Of a stretch of 58,685 bases of DNA, positions 17,938 to 27,754 are shown in pieces. Location of the stretch: positions 1 through 58,685 of IMG/VR virus record IMGVR_UViG_3300027749_004991; one strand, written 5' to 3'. Positions within the stretch are counted from its first letter, which is position 1. Every line of letters starts with the position of its first letter. The stretch comes from a virus (Duplodnaviria > Caudoviricetes). Made by a program: the position numbers and the translations under genes. The notes beneath the pieces are model-generated. The model was not told where the DNA came from, did no database searches, and saw nothing but the letters and a program-made list of their open reading frames with translations.

Positions 17938-19038
17938 TTAAGGTTTTGTAAAAGTACAGTTATTTATAGTGTAAGTACTTGTCCATCCTGCAGTATTATT
18001 TATTACAACGTTAAATGTACCCGATCCAGATAGAGAGGATAAATCAATTGTCATTATATTATTATCGACAATCGTATAATATGATGGATCTAGTAAACTG
18101 CCAGTAACTGATCCAGTATAAGTTGAATTAAATGACGTGATTTTATTTGTGAAGGTATTACTACCACATAATAAAACGGCATTAGTATATGAAAAGCTTC
18201 TACCATACAGTACGAAATTACTCGAACTTGCTGATGGTGTAAGTGTATAGTTTGTTCTTATCGGTAATAGCTTACCATCATAATTGTAGTATAAGTTGGT
18301 TAAGCTTGGTGTAGCTGATATTGATACAGTTTCTGTATTTGTAGATAAACTATTTATGAATGATGAATAGTTACTATCATCAATTATAATTTTAGATCCT
18401 GATACAGCCATGAAGTTTGCATCAATAAAGTAAATTTGTGATGAAATCTCGTTTTTATTTCTGAACAACCATCCCTTTATTGTAAAGGCTGTGTCACCAA
18501 CAATACGGAACTTATCACTAGCAGCAAGATCTGTTGGTTCAGTTAATGAAATTGAACCACTCCATAGTACCTCAGATCTAATTTCTAGTACTTGATCAGG
18601 TACATTGGTTGGTTCTTTCCATGTCAATATAATATAAGGGTTACTAAATGGAACAAAGTTAGATATAATTTGGTCCATGTCTTGCATATATCTTGCTAAT
18701 ATAGACATTGACACTTCAATGTTTATAGGTATAGGCATTAACACCTTCGATTGGTGTTTATTTAACGTATTATATGTGCTATCTAGCTTATTGAATACAC
18801 GAGACTGATCACGCGATATACCTGTAACATTGAGAGCGACTACTGGTAGTGTTAAGTTTTGAGCCTTATTAATAATATCATACATAACTCGCTGCTTCGG
18901 CGCGAGTACATATCTTACTTCTATTAACTCTTTTGCATTTCTGTCCTTATCATATCTCTTAATAATTGTATCATCAAATGCACACAAAAATTGTGTGAGT
19001 AGATCTTTTATCTCAAACGAGTAGGTGTAATCTTTCAC
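17938..19038 (-). CDS. gp15: Tail sheath stabilizer/terminator (T4 gp15 family) with C-terminal extension
   Basis: F...FDD..IKRY, LAPKQR, TLPVVA...GISRD.SR, MDQII....PF, FTIKGWLF; GTG start after ACTAAATA-N5. Confidence 0.8.
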   Translation of the reverse strand: MKDYTYSFEIKDLLTQFLCAFDDTIIKRYDKDRNAKELIEVRYVLAPKQRVMYDIINKAQNLTLPVVALNVTGISRDQSRVFNKLDSTYNTLNKHQSKVLMPIPINIEVSMSILARYMQDMDQIISNFVPFSNPYIILTWKEPTNVPDQVLEIRSEVLWSGSISLTEPTDLAASDKFRIVGDTAFTIKGWLFRNKNEISSQIYFIDANFMAVSGSKIIIDDSNYSSFINSLSTNTETVSISATPSLTNLYYNYDGKLLPIRTNYTLTPSASSSNFVLYGRSFSYTNAVLLCGSNTFTNKITSFNSTYTGSVTGSLLDPSYYTIVDNNIMTIDLSSLSGSGTFNVVINNTAGWTSTYTINNCTFTKP

Positions 19039-19051
19039 ATGGATATTTAGT

Positions 19052-20689
19052 CTACATAAATCTATCTATGAAATATTTAGGAATCTTAGATTTGTTCTTA
19101 ATTATACTCTCAACAATAGCAGCGTCAAGAATATAAGTTGTACAGAAGTCCTTATTTGACCTAACTCCACGACCGCAAGCTTGGATAAGATTGCTAAGCA
19201 TCTTATTAGTATACCAGTTGAAGTCGAGCTTCATCATACGCTCAACTCGATTATCATTTGTAGGTAGATAAGGTGCTTTAATAATGATTTGAAACTTTGC
19301 TAGATCACCTTTCAAGTCTACTCCATGAGACATAGACGGAGAAGCAAGCACAGTTGGTAAATCAGTATTATAATGAGTATCGAGGATATCCTCATTTCGA
19401 ACTCCAGGCTCTCTAAACAGCAAGCGACTATCTACAATATTCTCTTTTAGGTAATTAGTTATGAAGTTACTCTGAGTATGGATAATACCTTTTTCATTAG
19501 CGTGTAGCTTAAAGATACTTTGAATCTGCTCTGCAATATAAGGCAGTCGAGATTTCAGGTTGGAAAAGTTTAGCTTAGTTTTTGTGTTAGCATAGATTGG
19601 AGCATTACTTGCTTTGAACGTTGATTCTGCTTCTACGTATTTGAATTTATCAATACCTAGTATCTTACAGAAGTTAGTAGGATCAATAATAGTTGCTGAC
19701 ATAAGCACAATCTTATCAGCGTGATCGAAAATATGCTTTGCAAGTTTGTCTACCTTTAGCGGTGTGAAGTTGATACCTTTTTCAACACGCTCAAATAGAT
19801 ACTCACTATCATTCCAAGTATCAATCATTGTGTCAACTTTGCTACGAAGCTTAAGAATAGTATTCAGCTCTTGCTTCATTTCTGCTAGCTTAGCTGCATT
19901 CTTTTTCTGAGCATTGATATCATCTCTCAATTCTTCTACTCGTTCGTGTAGATCGACAGTCAGAACATTGAGCCACTTACCAACTTTACTATAGTCAGCG
20001 CCGGATGGAAACGGTCTAATAGTAACACCACACTTCTTTAGCGTTTCGTAATTTAACTGGCATGAGAACTCTTTAACTAGTTGATCCTCTAATTCAGACG
20101 CCTCATCACATACAAGATACTGACGCTTCTTTACAACAGAAGGAAGAGCAAAAAACATATTGTAGTTTAGAGCTGCAAACTTTGAAACTACAGCTTCATT
20201 ACGAGCAGTATAATATGGACATGAATTCGTTGACCAACATTGCTCTTTAAGCTTATTAAGATGAACGCAAGGAGCGTGCTCTACTGAAAAATTAGTATCA
20301 ACTGTGCATTGATAGTTAGACTTACCCTTTACTACTTTAACGTCATCAAATAGCTCTTTATACTGATCTTGTAGTGTCTTTGTAATAGTTAAAGCAAAAA
20401 CTCCAAATGGAGCTTCATCTTTAGACTCACTGCTGTAAGTATAATTACCGCTTGTATCTCTTTTGTAGATTTGATATGAGTTTACCAACTCACTATAGCT
20501 ATCACTACAATTTTTAGCAATATTCCCAATCGTCTTAGAGATAAATGATTTACCTGAGCCAGTTGGTGCACAACACACTACAAATTTATAACCTTCTTCA
20601 AAGGCATTTTCAATATTTGTAAGTAGTTTTACTTGCTGCTCGTTCGGTGTATATCCCTCAGGGAATTGTTGTAATAGTTTAAAAGCCAT
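19052..20689 (-). CDS. DinG/XPD-like SF2 helicase
   Basis: APTGSGKS, LQDQY, KGKSNYQC and further Cys (possible FeS), CDEAS, LMSAT, GVDL, QACGRGVRS. Confidence 0.88.
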   Translation of the reverse strand: MAFKLLQQFPEGYTPNEQQVKLLTNIENAFEEGYKFVVCCAPTGSGKSFISKTIGNIAKNCSDSYSELVNSYQIYKRDTSGNYTYSSESKDEAPFGVFALTITKTLQDQYKELFDDVKVVKGKSNYQCTVDTNFSVEHAPCVHLNKLKEQCWSTNSCPYYTARNEAVVSKFAALNYNMFFALPSVVKKRQYLVCDEASELEDQLVKEFSCQLNYETLKKCGVTIRPFPSGADYSKVGKWLNVLTVDLHERVEELRDDINAQKKNAAKLAEMKQELNTILKLRSKVDTMIDTWNDSEYLFERVEKGINFTPLKVDKLAKHIFDHADKIVLMSATIIDPTNFCKILGIDKFKYVEAESTFKASNAPIYANTKTKLNFSNLKSRLPYIAEQIQSIFKLHANEKGIIHTQSNFITNYLKENIVDSRLLFREPGVRNEDILDTHYNTDLPTVLASPSMSHGVDLKGDLAKFQIIIKAPYLPTNDNRVERMMKLDFNWYTNKMLSNLIQACGRGVRSNKDFCTTYILDAAIVESIIKNKSKIPKYFIDRFM

Positions 20690-20714
20690 ATAAAGATATT
20701 ATATGGCTGTTCCT

Positions 20715-21059
20715 TTAATTTAATGAGAGTATGGATACTTCATTATCATAAATTTTATGTTGAGATTCGCCTCGGATTGATCTCAACATATTTACAGTAT
20801 CGCGATGATTGTTACATAACGATGTGAGCTTGTAATTCAATGTACATCCTTTACCTGCTTCATAATTCATGAGATACGGGTAAGGTAATTCTAATACCTT
20901 TGTAATATTCTTATCATTCTCAATATGAAGTCTAATAAAGTACTGCTTGATGTTAAATAGTTGCAGCTTACCAGATCGTAAAACCTTATTATTAACCTTT
21001 ACAGCTATTTTAGATTGTAAGAACTGTTGAAGAATTTTATCGTAAATATCTATATTCAT
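20715..21059 (-). CDS. Hypothetical protein
   Basis: 114 aa ORF in minus-strand operon. Confidence 0.6.
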   Translation of the reverse strand: MNIDIYDKILQQFLQSKIAVKVNNKVLRSGKLQLFNIKQYFIRLHIENDKNITKVLELPYPYLMNYEAGKGCTLNYKLTSLCNNHRDTVNMLRSIRGESQHKIYDNEVSILSLN

Positions 21060-21433
21060 GAGTCCATGTATGTTAATTTTTGTTCAGCTGACATTGGTAG
21101 GATGTTCTTGTTGAAGTAATTCCAGAACTCATCATTAGCAGGTATTTCACGAATTACATTTACTTCATCTGCTGATACAATTCGATAATCTTGCATTAGA
21201 ATATCCCATACAACGCATGCATTTTCTTTTGATTCAATAATTTGTTTCCCACTCTTTGGCGGTCTGTAGTTTAAAACTATTCGACCGTTAGTAGAGCCAA
21301 GTAAGTCGTATGACTTAGTACACAGCATTCTCCGGGTAGGAGGTCTACCCGGAGCTGAGGAACGTCTTACAAAGCGCAAATCGAGTACATTGCGCAGTAG
21401 TAAGTTTTCAAGCGTTGGTCTCGTTACTAGCAT
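21056..21433 (-). CDS. SH3/Sm-like (WYL_2/DUF2693-like) phage protein
   Basis: L.F.R...R.MLCT...VVWDI...DYR pattern typical of this T4-like family. Confidence 0.6.
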   Translation of the reverse strand: MLVTRPTLENLLLRNVLDLRFVRRSSAPGRPPTRRMLCTKSYDLLGSTNGRIVLNYRPPKSGKQIIESKENACVVWDILMQDYRIVSADEVNVIREIPANDEFWNYFNKNILPMSAEQKLTYMDS

Positions 21434-21830
21434 CTTGCTTTGGCTTACAGATACCGAATACTCTACTCTCGTTTAGGAATACACCATTTGCAATTCTACC
21501 GTGATTACAAATATCAAGATTTGATACTGTAATTCCTAGGTTATTTGGAAACACTACAATATCACCAACGTTAGTATATTGGGCTCGAGGACCAACTAGA
21601 ATGACTCTCGCCTTACGCCAGGCTTTTGTAAGAACGTTAGTTGGAATGTAAAGTCCGTTACGCATAATACTATCACCTTGATCGGTCGTATCAATATACT
21701 CTACTAACAGAATATCGTCAAAAATGAACGACAATTCTAAATTTTCAAGACCGAAATCTCCTTCTGAGTGAGAAGATAAATCAATCAAGCTTCTCATCGG
21801 TTCTAGCTTATCAATGCTTACTTGTGCCAT
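21408..21830 (-). CDS. GroES-like co-chaperonin (gp31 analogue)
   Basis: DDILLVE, GLYIP mobile loop, ARVILVGP, VGDIVVFP, LNESRVFG; start moved to ATG 21830. Confidence 0.8.
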   Translation of the reverse strand: MAQVSIDKLEPMRSLIDLSSHSEGDFGLENLELSFIFDDILLVEYIDTTDQGDSIMRNGLYIPTNVLTKAWRKARVILVGPRAQYTNVGDIVVFPNNLGITVSNLDICNHGRIANGVFLNESRVFGICKPKQDASNETNA

Positions 21831-21834
21831 ATTG

Positions 21835-22230
21835 TTATATACTCTTATTATTTTGTAAAGCAAGATACATATTCAACTCTCTTGTGGAAAGTAGATTATT
21901 TGATGCAAATAATTTTAAATTAGCTTCATTAGCTGTTTTTTCCTTGTCTGCTTTATCAACTTTGTTCTTCTTAACATAAGCGATTTTTTTAAAGTTACTA
22001 CGAGGAGTTAAATGATAGTAAAACTTGTAATGATCACTTTTATTTTCAAACAGCATTGCAAATTTGTTATACGTTTCATTTACAAATACAGCCTTAGCTC
22101 TATCTGAGAAACTAAGCCAGCGGTTCAGAAGAAACGGCATGAAAAGTTGAAGACAGTCATGATCTAATTCTTCATATAAACCGTTACGTCTAAAGAAAAA
22201 TAAGCTACGTATTATATCGAAGAAATTCAT
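21835..22230 (-). CDS. gp62: Clamp loader small subunit (T4 gp62-like)
   Basis: MNFFDII, PFLLNRWLSF, VNE.YN, YKFY, LSTRE...YL pattern. Confidence 0.7.
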   Translation of the reverse strand: MNFFDIIRSLFFFRRNGLYEELDHDCLQLFMPFLLNRWLSFSDRAKAVFVNETYNKFAMLFENKSDHYKFYYHLTPRSNFKKIAYVKKNKVDKADKEKTANEANLKLFASNNLLSTRELNMYLALQNNKSI

Positions 22231-22808
22231 ACAATCACTTTGGTCGTTGCAATCTGCATATCAGACACGGAATAATTAAAGAACTCAATTACATCTTCCA
22301 TGAACGACTTGACCTGAGTATCGTTAAGATTTGAACTAAAAGCAAAGCCTGGAGCTTTCTTACCTGCATTGATATTAATTCCAGTATGACCAATAGCTAC
22401 ATTATCCTTCGTGTATGTAATTGAGACACTAACCTTACCAACATCACGCTCAGTTTTATCGGAGCCAATAAACTTACGATGTACCATTAGATCGTCACCT
22501 CTCATCTCAATAGGCGCTTCGATATACCTAGAGAGAATGTTTGCGATCCCTGTATTGAAATATCGTTGATATGCGACAGCACCAAGAGCGCATAGGTTCG
22601 GTATCTCCCAACAGAAGTTTATAGCATCATCACTGAAAATATAATCCTTACTAAGAGAATCTTCTAAGTCAATCAGATTGTCACTTACAAACATCGGCGC
22701 TCTGAAAGCAACAACATTACCATAAGGTGATACTTTCTTTTTAAAGAACTGATACGCAAAACGCTTATGAATTAAGTCTCCGTTGTATATTGGTTGTTCA
22801 ATGATCAT
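22227..22808 (-). CDS. DUF366-like protein (biotin/lipoate ligase-like fold)
   Basis: YNG..I...FAY, VAFRAP, LIDLED, AYQR, RGDDL, KVSVSI, HTGINI. Confidence 0.65.
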   Translation of the reverse strand: MIIEQPIYNGDLIHKRFAYQFFKKKVSPYGNVVAFRAPMFVSDNLIDLEDSLSKDYIFSDDAINFCWEIPNLCALGAVAYQRYFNTGIANILSRYIEAPIEMRGDDLMVHRKFIGSDKTERDVGKVSVSITYTKDNVAIGHTGININAGKKAPGFAFSSNLNDTQVKSFMEDVIEFFNYSVSDMQIATTKVIV

Positions 22809-22857
22809 ATAATTGATTATATACTCGTTTGAAGTTTAATCCAGTTATAAACAATAT

Positions 22858-23520
22858 TTAAACCTTTTTCATATATGTGTCTTTTTTTATTAAGATTGAG
22901 GTAATTGATTTACTTCGATGTATGTCGTCGCTTGAAGTATTGTTATAAAAAATATTACACTCACCTATTTGATTAACAATAGAATTAAGATTGTTAATAT
23001 AAAATCCTCTATCTGTTATAGTCTGCGCTTTAATACATTCAATTAGATTTAGTGTCGTATTATTAGTAGTATTATCTGAATAACCGTATTCATAGCTGGT
23101 ATGTAGATCTTCTAAAATATAAATACCTTTTGATTTTAATCTAGGTAACATTTCTTCTAACGTTACTTGCTGTTGTTCCATTCCATGCCCACCATCATCA
23201 ATTATAATATCAAACTCAATACCAGTAAACAGATTTCGCATATATTCTCTATTAGCTTGGTCACCAACACTCAAGATAAAATCGTTATTTTGATTTAGGT
23301 GAGACTTATCTAAACAATCAATAGCGTAAATTTGCGCGTCTGTAAAATAATCTCTCAAAGTAAAAATAGAGTATCCTTTATCTATACCTATTTCTAAAAT
23401 AGACAATTTATTATCTCGCAAAGGAGTAAAATATTTGTCGTAAATATCTGTAAATCCATGAAAGGTAGCTTTATCAGTACCATAATGTATTCCAATCTCA
23501 GTTAATGTTTTATTTTTCAT
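22858..23520 (-). CDS. Class I SAM-dependent (sugar O-)methyltransferase
   Basis: GTDK..FH....IY, ILEIGI, GDQ, FDIIIDDGGH, GIYILEDL. Confidence 0.85.
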   Translation of the reverse strand: MKNKTLTEIGIHYGTDKATFHGFTDIYDKYFTPLRDNKLSILEIGIDKGYSIFTLRDYFTDAQIYAIDCLDKSHLNQNNDFILSVGDQANREYMRNLFTGIEFDIIIDDGGHGMEQQQVTLEEMLPRLKSKGIYILEDLHTSYEYGYSDNTTNNTTLNLIECIKAQTITDRGFYINNLNSIVNQIGECNIFYNNTSSDDIHRSKSITSILIKKDTYMKKV

Positions 23521-23523
23521 AAA

Positions 23524-24156
23524 TTATTTCAAAATAGATTTACACTTTTTTATAAAATTATCACTACTTTTACGTATTTCAAATTGATGGTATAATACTT
23601 CTATATTATTATAACTATATGTAGTACCAATACCGAAGTCTCTATCATCAGTTAATTTCCATTTTGGAATCTCCGATGATGAAGCTCTAAATAATTTTAC
23701 TTCAAAATTATTTTCTTCGCATAGCCATGTTAACTCTTCACCCACATCACTTCTATCACCCTGCTGCATTAAAGAAGGGCAACCTAACTTTTTAAATAAT
23801 GCTGTAGGAAAAGCAAGGCAAGCTGGGCCAGCGTATATATGATTATAAGGATTACAATTACACATCTGCTCTATACCTATAATGCAGTCATTACCTTTTA
23901 ATTCATCGAGAATTATATCATATAGGTTAGGTACAAGGGGTATACAATCAACATCAAAAAAAATAATATACTCACTACTACAGTCTTTTGCTACTTCTGT
24001 TAAAAAGTCTCCGTGATTTGAATTTACCTTTACCTGTAACACAGGTAAATTAAATTTTGCAAAAACCGCTCGTTGTAACTCACATACTTCATCTTGTATA
24101 TTCAAATTAGCATACGAAAAAGCTTCAAGTAATGATTTATTAATATTTTCTTTCAT
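23524..24156 (-). CDS. Putative GT-A glycosyltransferase
   Basis: IIFFDVDCIP DxD motif; within GT cluster. Confidence 0.6.
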   Translation of the reverse strand: MKENINKSLLEAFSYANLNIQDEVCELQRAVFAKFNLPVLQVKVNSNHGDFLTEVAKDCSSEYIIFFDVDCIPLVPNLYDIILDELKGNDCIIGIEQMCNCNPYNHIYAGPACLAFPTALFKKLGCPSLMQQGDRSDVGEELTWLCEENNFEVKLFRASSSEIPKWKLTDDRDFGIGTTYSYNNIEVLYHQFEIRKSSDNFIKKCKSILK

Positions 24157-24773
24157 TGAATTAAAGACGGTAGTTTACCCTCTGCTGATTTTTGAAGTAA
24201 TCCAGGCTCCGTCCAACCTGATATTATTATTTTATTAGCTATAATCTCGTTGTATAAATGATCTATAGGTTGGTTGTAATGATAGTTGTCAAGTACTAAC
24301 TTAGCCCCTTGCTGACTTATTATATACGCATGTGTGCATCTCGAAAAACAATTATCAGAAAAAAAAGAAATTTCAGTAGGTATCTTTTTTTCTATTGGTA
24401 TTGAGTATTTACCCACCCACACATCTCCAATCCATAATATATCACCTGTTTTTGCTTGTAGATCGTCAATACTTTGCTCAAGAAATTCTTGAATTTTAGG
24501 AACACTTTGCAAGTCTACATCATCTTCAAAAATTATTCCATACTGAATTTCGTTTTGTATTATTTGCTGTAGAACATATTGATGTTTAAGCGATAAAGAG
24601 AGTTCGCTAATCCTAATGCTAGCACTGATACCTTCAATTTCCTCTGGCAGAAAACCTTCTATCCACTCTATAGAGTAAGGTAAGTTTACTGCGCCGATAT
24701 CAGCTAACAAGGTATTTTTACGCTCTACAGCAGGTGTGTGATGTAAAATAAAGATTTTTATTTGATTATACAC
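24153..24773 (-). CDS. Glycosyltransferase family 25-like
   Basis: ERK, SELSLSLKH, IIFEDDV, THAYIIS..GA, PIDH. Confidence 0.8.
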   Translation of the reverse strand: MYNQIKIFILHHTPAVERKNTLLADIGAVNLPYSIEWIEGFLPEEIEGISASIRISELSLSLKHQYVLQQIIQNEIQYGIIFEDDVDLQSVPKIQEFLEQSIDDLQAKTGDILWIGDVWVGKYSIPIEKKIPTEISFFSDNCFSRCTHAYIISQQGAKLVLDNYHYNQPIDHLYNEIIANKIIISGWTEPGLLQKSAEGKLPSLIQ

Positions 24774-25530
24774 GTTTTAACATTATATGCGGTTTATTTG
24801 TTTTATTCGGTCTCAATTCATAATCATAAAACCAAGTATTTTCGCCCTCTAGCTGAATTTGTTCCCAAAGAGGCTTTATATTAGTGTAATATAAAGCGAT
24901 TATACCTTGATCATTTGTCTTTGAAATTTTACACTCTTCTGCTAACTCTACTAAGTCAGTAAACGTCTTTTCATCTAAGATAGATGTATCATAAAGCATA
25001 ATTGTCGTTTGTGGAAAGTCTACACCAAAATTATATTTTTTAGATAGTTCAAAAAATAATGGATCTTCCTTTATAAACTGAAATTCTAAGTTATAATTAT
25101 AATCCGGGTAAGCATCTGAATGAGCTAAAAATTTTCCTTCTCGTCTAGCATTAACGATGGGCATTATTGAACTATAAACTTTCATTCCTGAATCAATATA
25201 AAATACATAATCCCACTGTTTAAAAAAAGTATTAAACAGATTTAGTTTATGGTATTGAAACTTTTTACAGCGCCAGTACTCTTCACGTGGCATTGAATTA
25301 AATTTTTCATTAAAATCATCTGTAAAAATAATATCAGGAAAATGCTTAATAGTAATGCTAGCTTGTTTTAATAAATTATGATTTAATTTATCTGAGTTTA
25401 CTAAATCGTCGCCTATTACAACACATATATCACCTACATACTCATAAGATAATATACTACTAAGTGTTTGTATTAAACGATCAAAAAAAGCATCATTTGT
25501 TACAAGAACTGTGCAAATAGTTTTATTCAT
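24766..25530 (-). CDS. Glycosyltransferase family 8-like
   Basis: YHKLNLF, WDYVFYIDSG, NDQGII. Confidence 0.65.
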   Translation of the reverse strand: MNKTICTVLVTNDAFFDRLIQTLSSILSYEYVGDICVVIGDDLVNSDKLNHNLLKQASITIKHFPDIIFTDDFNEKFNSMPREEYWRCKKFQYHKLNLFNTFFKQWDYVFYIDSGMKVYSSIMPIVNARREGKFLAHSDAYPDYNYNLEFQFIKEDPLFFELSKKYNFGVDFPQTTIMLYDTSILDEKTFTDLVELAEECKISKTNDQGIIALYYTNIKPLWEQIQLEGENTWFYDYELRPNKTNKPHIMLKRV

Positions 25531-25533
25531 AGA

Positions 25534-26160
25534 TTATTTCTCTTTAATATATAAAGCATCACCCCATGCTTGACTATCGATATCTAAAACGGTCTCAACT
25601 CTCTTAAAATTATACTTACCGAGAAAATAATCAAGGTCTTCAATAAGAGCGCAGTTTTTATACAGTTCATCTGTGTTAACTTCGGTTAAAATATACTGTA
25701 TATTTTCTAGTGTACTTGATGCACCTAAAAGAACAGTTAACTCAGCTCCCTGTACATCCATATTCAAGAAATTTAGAGCTGGGCTAGGTTGAAATTTATC
25801 AAGTGGCTCAACCTTTACAGTATCTTTATTTGTAAAAACGATACCTGGGTATATATGTGTATGTTTAAAGGGTTCTAAAATAGAATTTGATTGACCGTCT
25901 TGATTAGGTGTTCTATGAAGTGTAGCTTCACATGAAAACGGTCCAAGAGCTTTGTTGATACAAATAACCTTTTCATCGTGAGATGTTTTCTCTTTTAATT
26001 TTTTAAAACTATCCTTATCAGGTTCGAAAAATATAATACTATCTATCGAATTTATACTCTTATATGTATAATATTCTTCGCCATGATGTCCGCCAACATG
26101 AATAACACCAGTAATATTCATATTATACTTTTTAATAGCTGTATGTAAGTCTACCATCAT
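25534..26160 (-). CDS. FkbM-family methyltransferase
   Basis: VIHVGGHHGEE, FFEP, NKALG, LNMDVQGAEL.VL.G, TEVN, WGDALY; start moved to ATG 26160. Confidence 0.88.
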   Translation of the reverse strand: MMVDLHTAIKKYNMNITGVIHVGGHHGEEYYTYKSINSIDSIIFFEPDKDSFKKLKEKTSHDEKVICINKALGPFSCEATLHRTPNQDGQSNSILEPFKHTHIYPGIVFTNKDTVKVEPLDKFQPSPALNFLNMDVQGAELTVLLGASSTLENIQYILTEVNTDELYKNCALIEDLDYFLGKYNFKRVETVLDIDSQAWGDALYIKEK

Positions 26161-26198
26161 AATTATTAATTTATTTACAATCAATTTTTATATATCCA

Positions 26199-26969
26199 CT
26201 ACATCCACGATCCATGCCATAAATGACAGCAGTATGTTTCTGATGTTAAGTATTTACTAAAATCTGATCCTAAATCTCTACAGCTAGGACAATTAGGAAA
26301 CGGGTACAGGAACAGGTTAGGTAAAACAACAAAATTAGTAAATTTATCTTTGTTTTTGAAAATTTTACTTGTTATTAGTCCTTGACCAGTTGTATTTATG
26401 ATATCCATACCATCACCGTGTAACATTGGCGTTTCTAAAACTTGCATATCTAAGATTAGTTCATTTCTCGGACTACTACCCATGACACTATTTGATACGT
26501 TAGGTGTATTATCATACACTATACCTGCAAAAAAATCTAAATCCAACAGATCATCAAAAGATTTATTAAGAACAAAATCTGTATCACAGTATACACCACC
26601 ATATTCACATAATATGTGTAAACGTAGTAGGTCTGACTTTTGACCTACATTAGGTGTTTGGTTAAAAAGTTCTAGTTGTGTGAAATTAGTGAGCTGGTTA
26701 ACGTCTTCATCACGCCATAATTTATACACCCAGTCGGATGGAAGGGCATTTTTAACGCGGTGACAGTGCTCCACTTCTCTTTCAGGCATAAAGTTACCTA
26801 ACCATATTTGGTGTAATATTTTAGGTATTTTTTGCTCTTGAGGTTCTCTATTCTGAATTTCTATATACTTCTTTTCAAAGAACTCCCATTTATCAAAATC
26901 TGTTTTATATACATTATAATTACGACTAAATCTCATCGATTCATCAAAAGTAGGCCAATTAGTTTTCAT
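26199..26969 (-). CDS. Glycosyltransferase family 32 (Och1-like, DxD)
   Basis: IPKILHQIWLG, KSDLLR..IL..YGGVYCDTD, HLWHGSW. Confidence 0.9.
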   Translation of the reverse strand: MKTNWPTFDESMRFSRNYNVYKTDFDKWEFFEKKYIEIQNREPQEQKIPKILHQIWLGNFMPEREVEHCHRVKNALPSDWVYKLWRDEDVNQLTNFTQLELFNQTPNVGQKSDLLRLHILCEYGGVYCDTDFVLNKSFDDLLDLDFFAGIVYDNTPNVSNSVMGSSPRNELILDMQVLETPMLHGDGMDIINTTGQGLITSKIFKNKDKFTNFVVLPNLFLYPFPNCPSCRDLGSDFSKYLTSETYCCHLWHGSWM

Positions 26970-27754
26970 AGAATTTCTTTTTCTGAGTCGTTAAGATATT
27001 TTTCATTAACATTGAGATGTGTTAAGTCCAAATTTAAGTATAGAGATGTAACAGATACATTAGAGGAAGATCTTATCAGATGTTTACACTTTGACAATAA
27101 AATTACGTCAGTAAGAACATTAAGACCTTTTATATAGCCAGATAGATCTTTAAAGTTATTATGAATACTTCTTGTACTATTACCACGTATTGCATTGATA
27201 TTATAAATTACTTTCTTACCGTATTGTTCCTTAATATAATTAACAGCATCAATGCAATCTGTTGCTAAGTAGATGTAATCATAACTATTCACTACTTTAT
27301 CTATTTCTTGTTTAAAAATATCTAAATCAACCGGTGCATGTTTATAAGTAGTGCCATACATACCTACTAAAAATTTATCTGTACGTCTTATATGTACACC
27401 TAATATTTTGTTTTCTTCAAATAACTTATAATTAGGTGATAGTTTTTCTTCTATAGAGTCATTTAGAACAAAATAATTTTTGTAGATGTAGTTCATTGTT
27501 GATCTAAAACTATTATCTTTTAGTAATATCAACTCTGTGTAATCTTGAACTACTTGAGCAGGTTCTTTCAAATCATGAATTTGTTTGAAATAATACTCCC
27601 ATACATTACTACCACGTGCCGAATCATAATATAGCGTTTCATCACCCCACATAACGAACCACTTTTCATTATTGTTTATACACTGTGATATATGACGCGC
27701 TGTATCATTTGAAACAGCAAAGAATCCTTTATCTGTACCTTTAATTACTTTCAT
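26966..27754 (-). CDS. NodZ/GT23-like fucosyltransferase
   Basis: GFFA, LGVHIRRTDK, IYLATD, DVILLSKC, SSNV. Confidence 0.75.
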   Translation of the reverse strand: MKVIKGTDKGFFAVSNDTARHISQCINNNEKWFVMWGDETLYYDSARGSNVWEYYFKQIHDLKEPAQVVQDYTELILLKDNSFRSTMNYIYKNYFVLNDSIEEKLSPNYKLFEENKILGVHIRRTDKFLVGMYGTTYKHAPVDLDIFKQEIDKVVNSYDYIYLATDCIDAVNYIKEQYGKKVIYNINAIRGNSTRSIHNNFKDLSGYIKGLNVLTDVILLSKCKHLIRSSSNVSVTSLYLNLDLTHLNVNEKYLNDSEKEIL

